A stretch of DNA of 63,493 bases, the filler included, from Basidiobolus ranarum (taxonomy: Eukaryota), in the NCBI GenBank assembly GCA_040143965.1. It is 49 parts of 49 records of this genome, joined end to end, with 100 filler letters (N's around TTAATTAATTAA, not from the genome) between each part and the next. Parts side by side here need not be neighbours in the genome. Positions count along the whole stretch, not along the records: positions 62,303 to 63,493 come from JASJQH010006063.1; 48 more parts are not named here. One strand, 5' to 3'. Position 1 is the stretch's first letter. Every line of letters starts with the position of its first letter. Made by a program: the position numbers and the translations under genes. Below the pieces are notes generated by a model. That model did not search any database and was not told the origin of the DNA. It saw nothing but the letters and a program-made list of their open reading frames with translations. Shown here piece by piece: positions 62,303-63,493 of this stretch.

Positions 62303-63493
62303 CTAGATTCTGGTGCAAGTAATCATATGTGTCACAATAGAAACATAATGCATGACTATAAGGAAATGGAACCTCTGGACATCACGGTAGCTGGAAGAAA
62401 CAAACTAGTTGCATATGGAATGGGAAAGGTCACACTTGACTTACAAATAAGTAAAACCAAAAGTGTAACAGTAATCTTGGAAGATGTCTTATATGTTCCA
62501 TCATTTACAACAAATCTGTTTTCAATTGGAGCAATTGAAAAGTAACATTATGATATCAAATTCAGCCAAGGAAAAGCAACCATATACAAATCAAAGGGCT
62601 TGAAGGTAGCAACTGGAACAAGAATTGGGAATCTATATCACCTGGATATTGCACCAATAACTGATACTGTCTCTGACTTTGCAACAATTACTTCTGGAAA
62701 CTTGATGACTTGGCATCAGTGCTTGGGTCATCTAAACTATAATAGTGTGAAACTATTATATAAAAATAGCCTGTGTACTGGAATGGATCTTAAGCCCTCA
62801 GATATTACTAAATGTGAAAGCTGTATTCAAGGGAAAATCACCAGAAAACCATTTCCAAAAGAAGGAGCTAGCAAAGCCAAAGATTTATTGGATCTTATTC
62901 ATACAGACTTATGTGGCCCAATGCAAACTCTGACACCAAGTAAGCGACGATATTTACTCATCTTTATTGATGATAAATCTCACTTCACAGTTTCATATCT
63001 TCTGTCGAGCAAAGGAGAAGTGTTTCAATATTTCAAGATATATGAAGCAATGGTCACAACCATAACAGGAAGAAAAATCAAATACCTATGCAGTGATAAT
63101 GGAACTGAATTTAGCAATGAAGCCATGACTAGCTTTTGTCAAGAAAAGGGAATTCAGCAGCAATTTACTATTCCATATAGTGCAGAACAAAATGGAGTTG
63201 CAGAAAGGATGAATAGGACTTTGGTAGAGAAAGCACGTACAATGCTGATTGATTCAGATCTGCCTAAGACCTATTGGGGTGAAGCTATTTTAACAGCTAC
63301 ATATCTCCAAAATAGAAGTCCAACATGTAGCAACCATGACTCTAAAACTCCTATTGAAATCTGGACTGGAAACAAGCCTAATCTGAATCACCTCAGAATT
63401 TTTGGATCAATAGTATATGCTCATATTCCTAAACCTCAGCATAGGAAATTGGACAAAAAGGCAATTAAATGTATCCTATTAGGATATCAGAAC
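62303..63493 (+). mobile_element. Copia protease-integrase fragment (further family), one stop
   Basis: LDSGASNHMC, WHQCLGHLN, HTDLCGPMQ, SDNGTEF, EQNGVAERMNRTL. Confidence 0.93.

Noticed and set aside
58428..63493. Apparent gene cluster of NRPS with neighbouring genes and TEs
   Set aside because: Each part is on a separate unplaced contig, so there is no linkage information.

Overview
This is not contiguous genome. It is a pseudo-scaffold of 49 small contigs sorted by decreasing length (about 1205 down to 1191 bp), joined by 48 artificial 100-bp linkers (N44-TTAATTAATTAA-N44, stops in all six frames). Adjacency across linkers therefore means nothing. The DNA is AT-rich and eukaryotic, with short GT-AG introns. 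It is probably an early-diverging fungus; a Basidiobolus-like host is plausible but is inference only. About 40 contigs are nested, CpG-depleted transposon debris. These include one abundant EnSpm/CACTA(CMC)-type DNA transposon with CCCTAACARAAAT TIRs and two divergent genes, at least four Ty1/copia LTR families, a Ty3/gypsy family with a -1 frameshift signal, a ~1.1-kb LTR carrying heat-shock elements, a PIF/Harbinger-ISL2EU-like element, and a non-LTR element ending in a hairpin plus telomere-like CCCTAACCC tail. The remaining contigs are CpG-normal host fragments: tandem animal-type glutamate dehydrogenases, tandem Hsp70s, a divergent pair of mitochondrial-presequence paralogues, an intronless NRPS epimerization domain, a hevein/CBM18 protein, an RQC1/TCF25 plus GCFC-like head-to-head pair, and a possible TET/JBP-like gene. 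All family calls come from motif recognition by eye; no searches were run.
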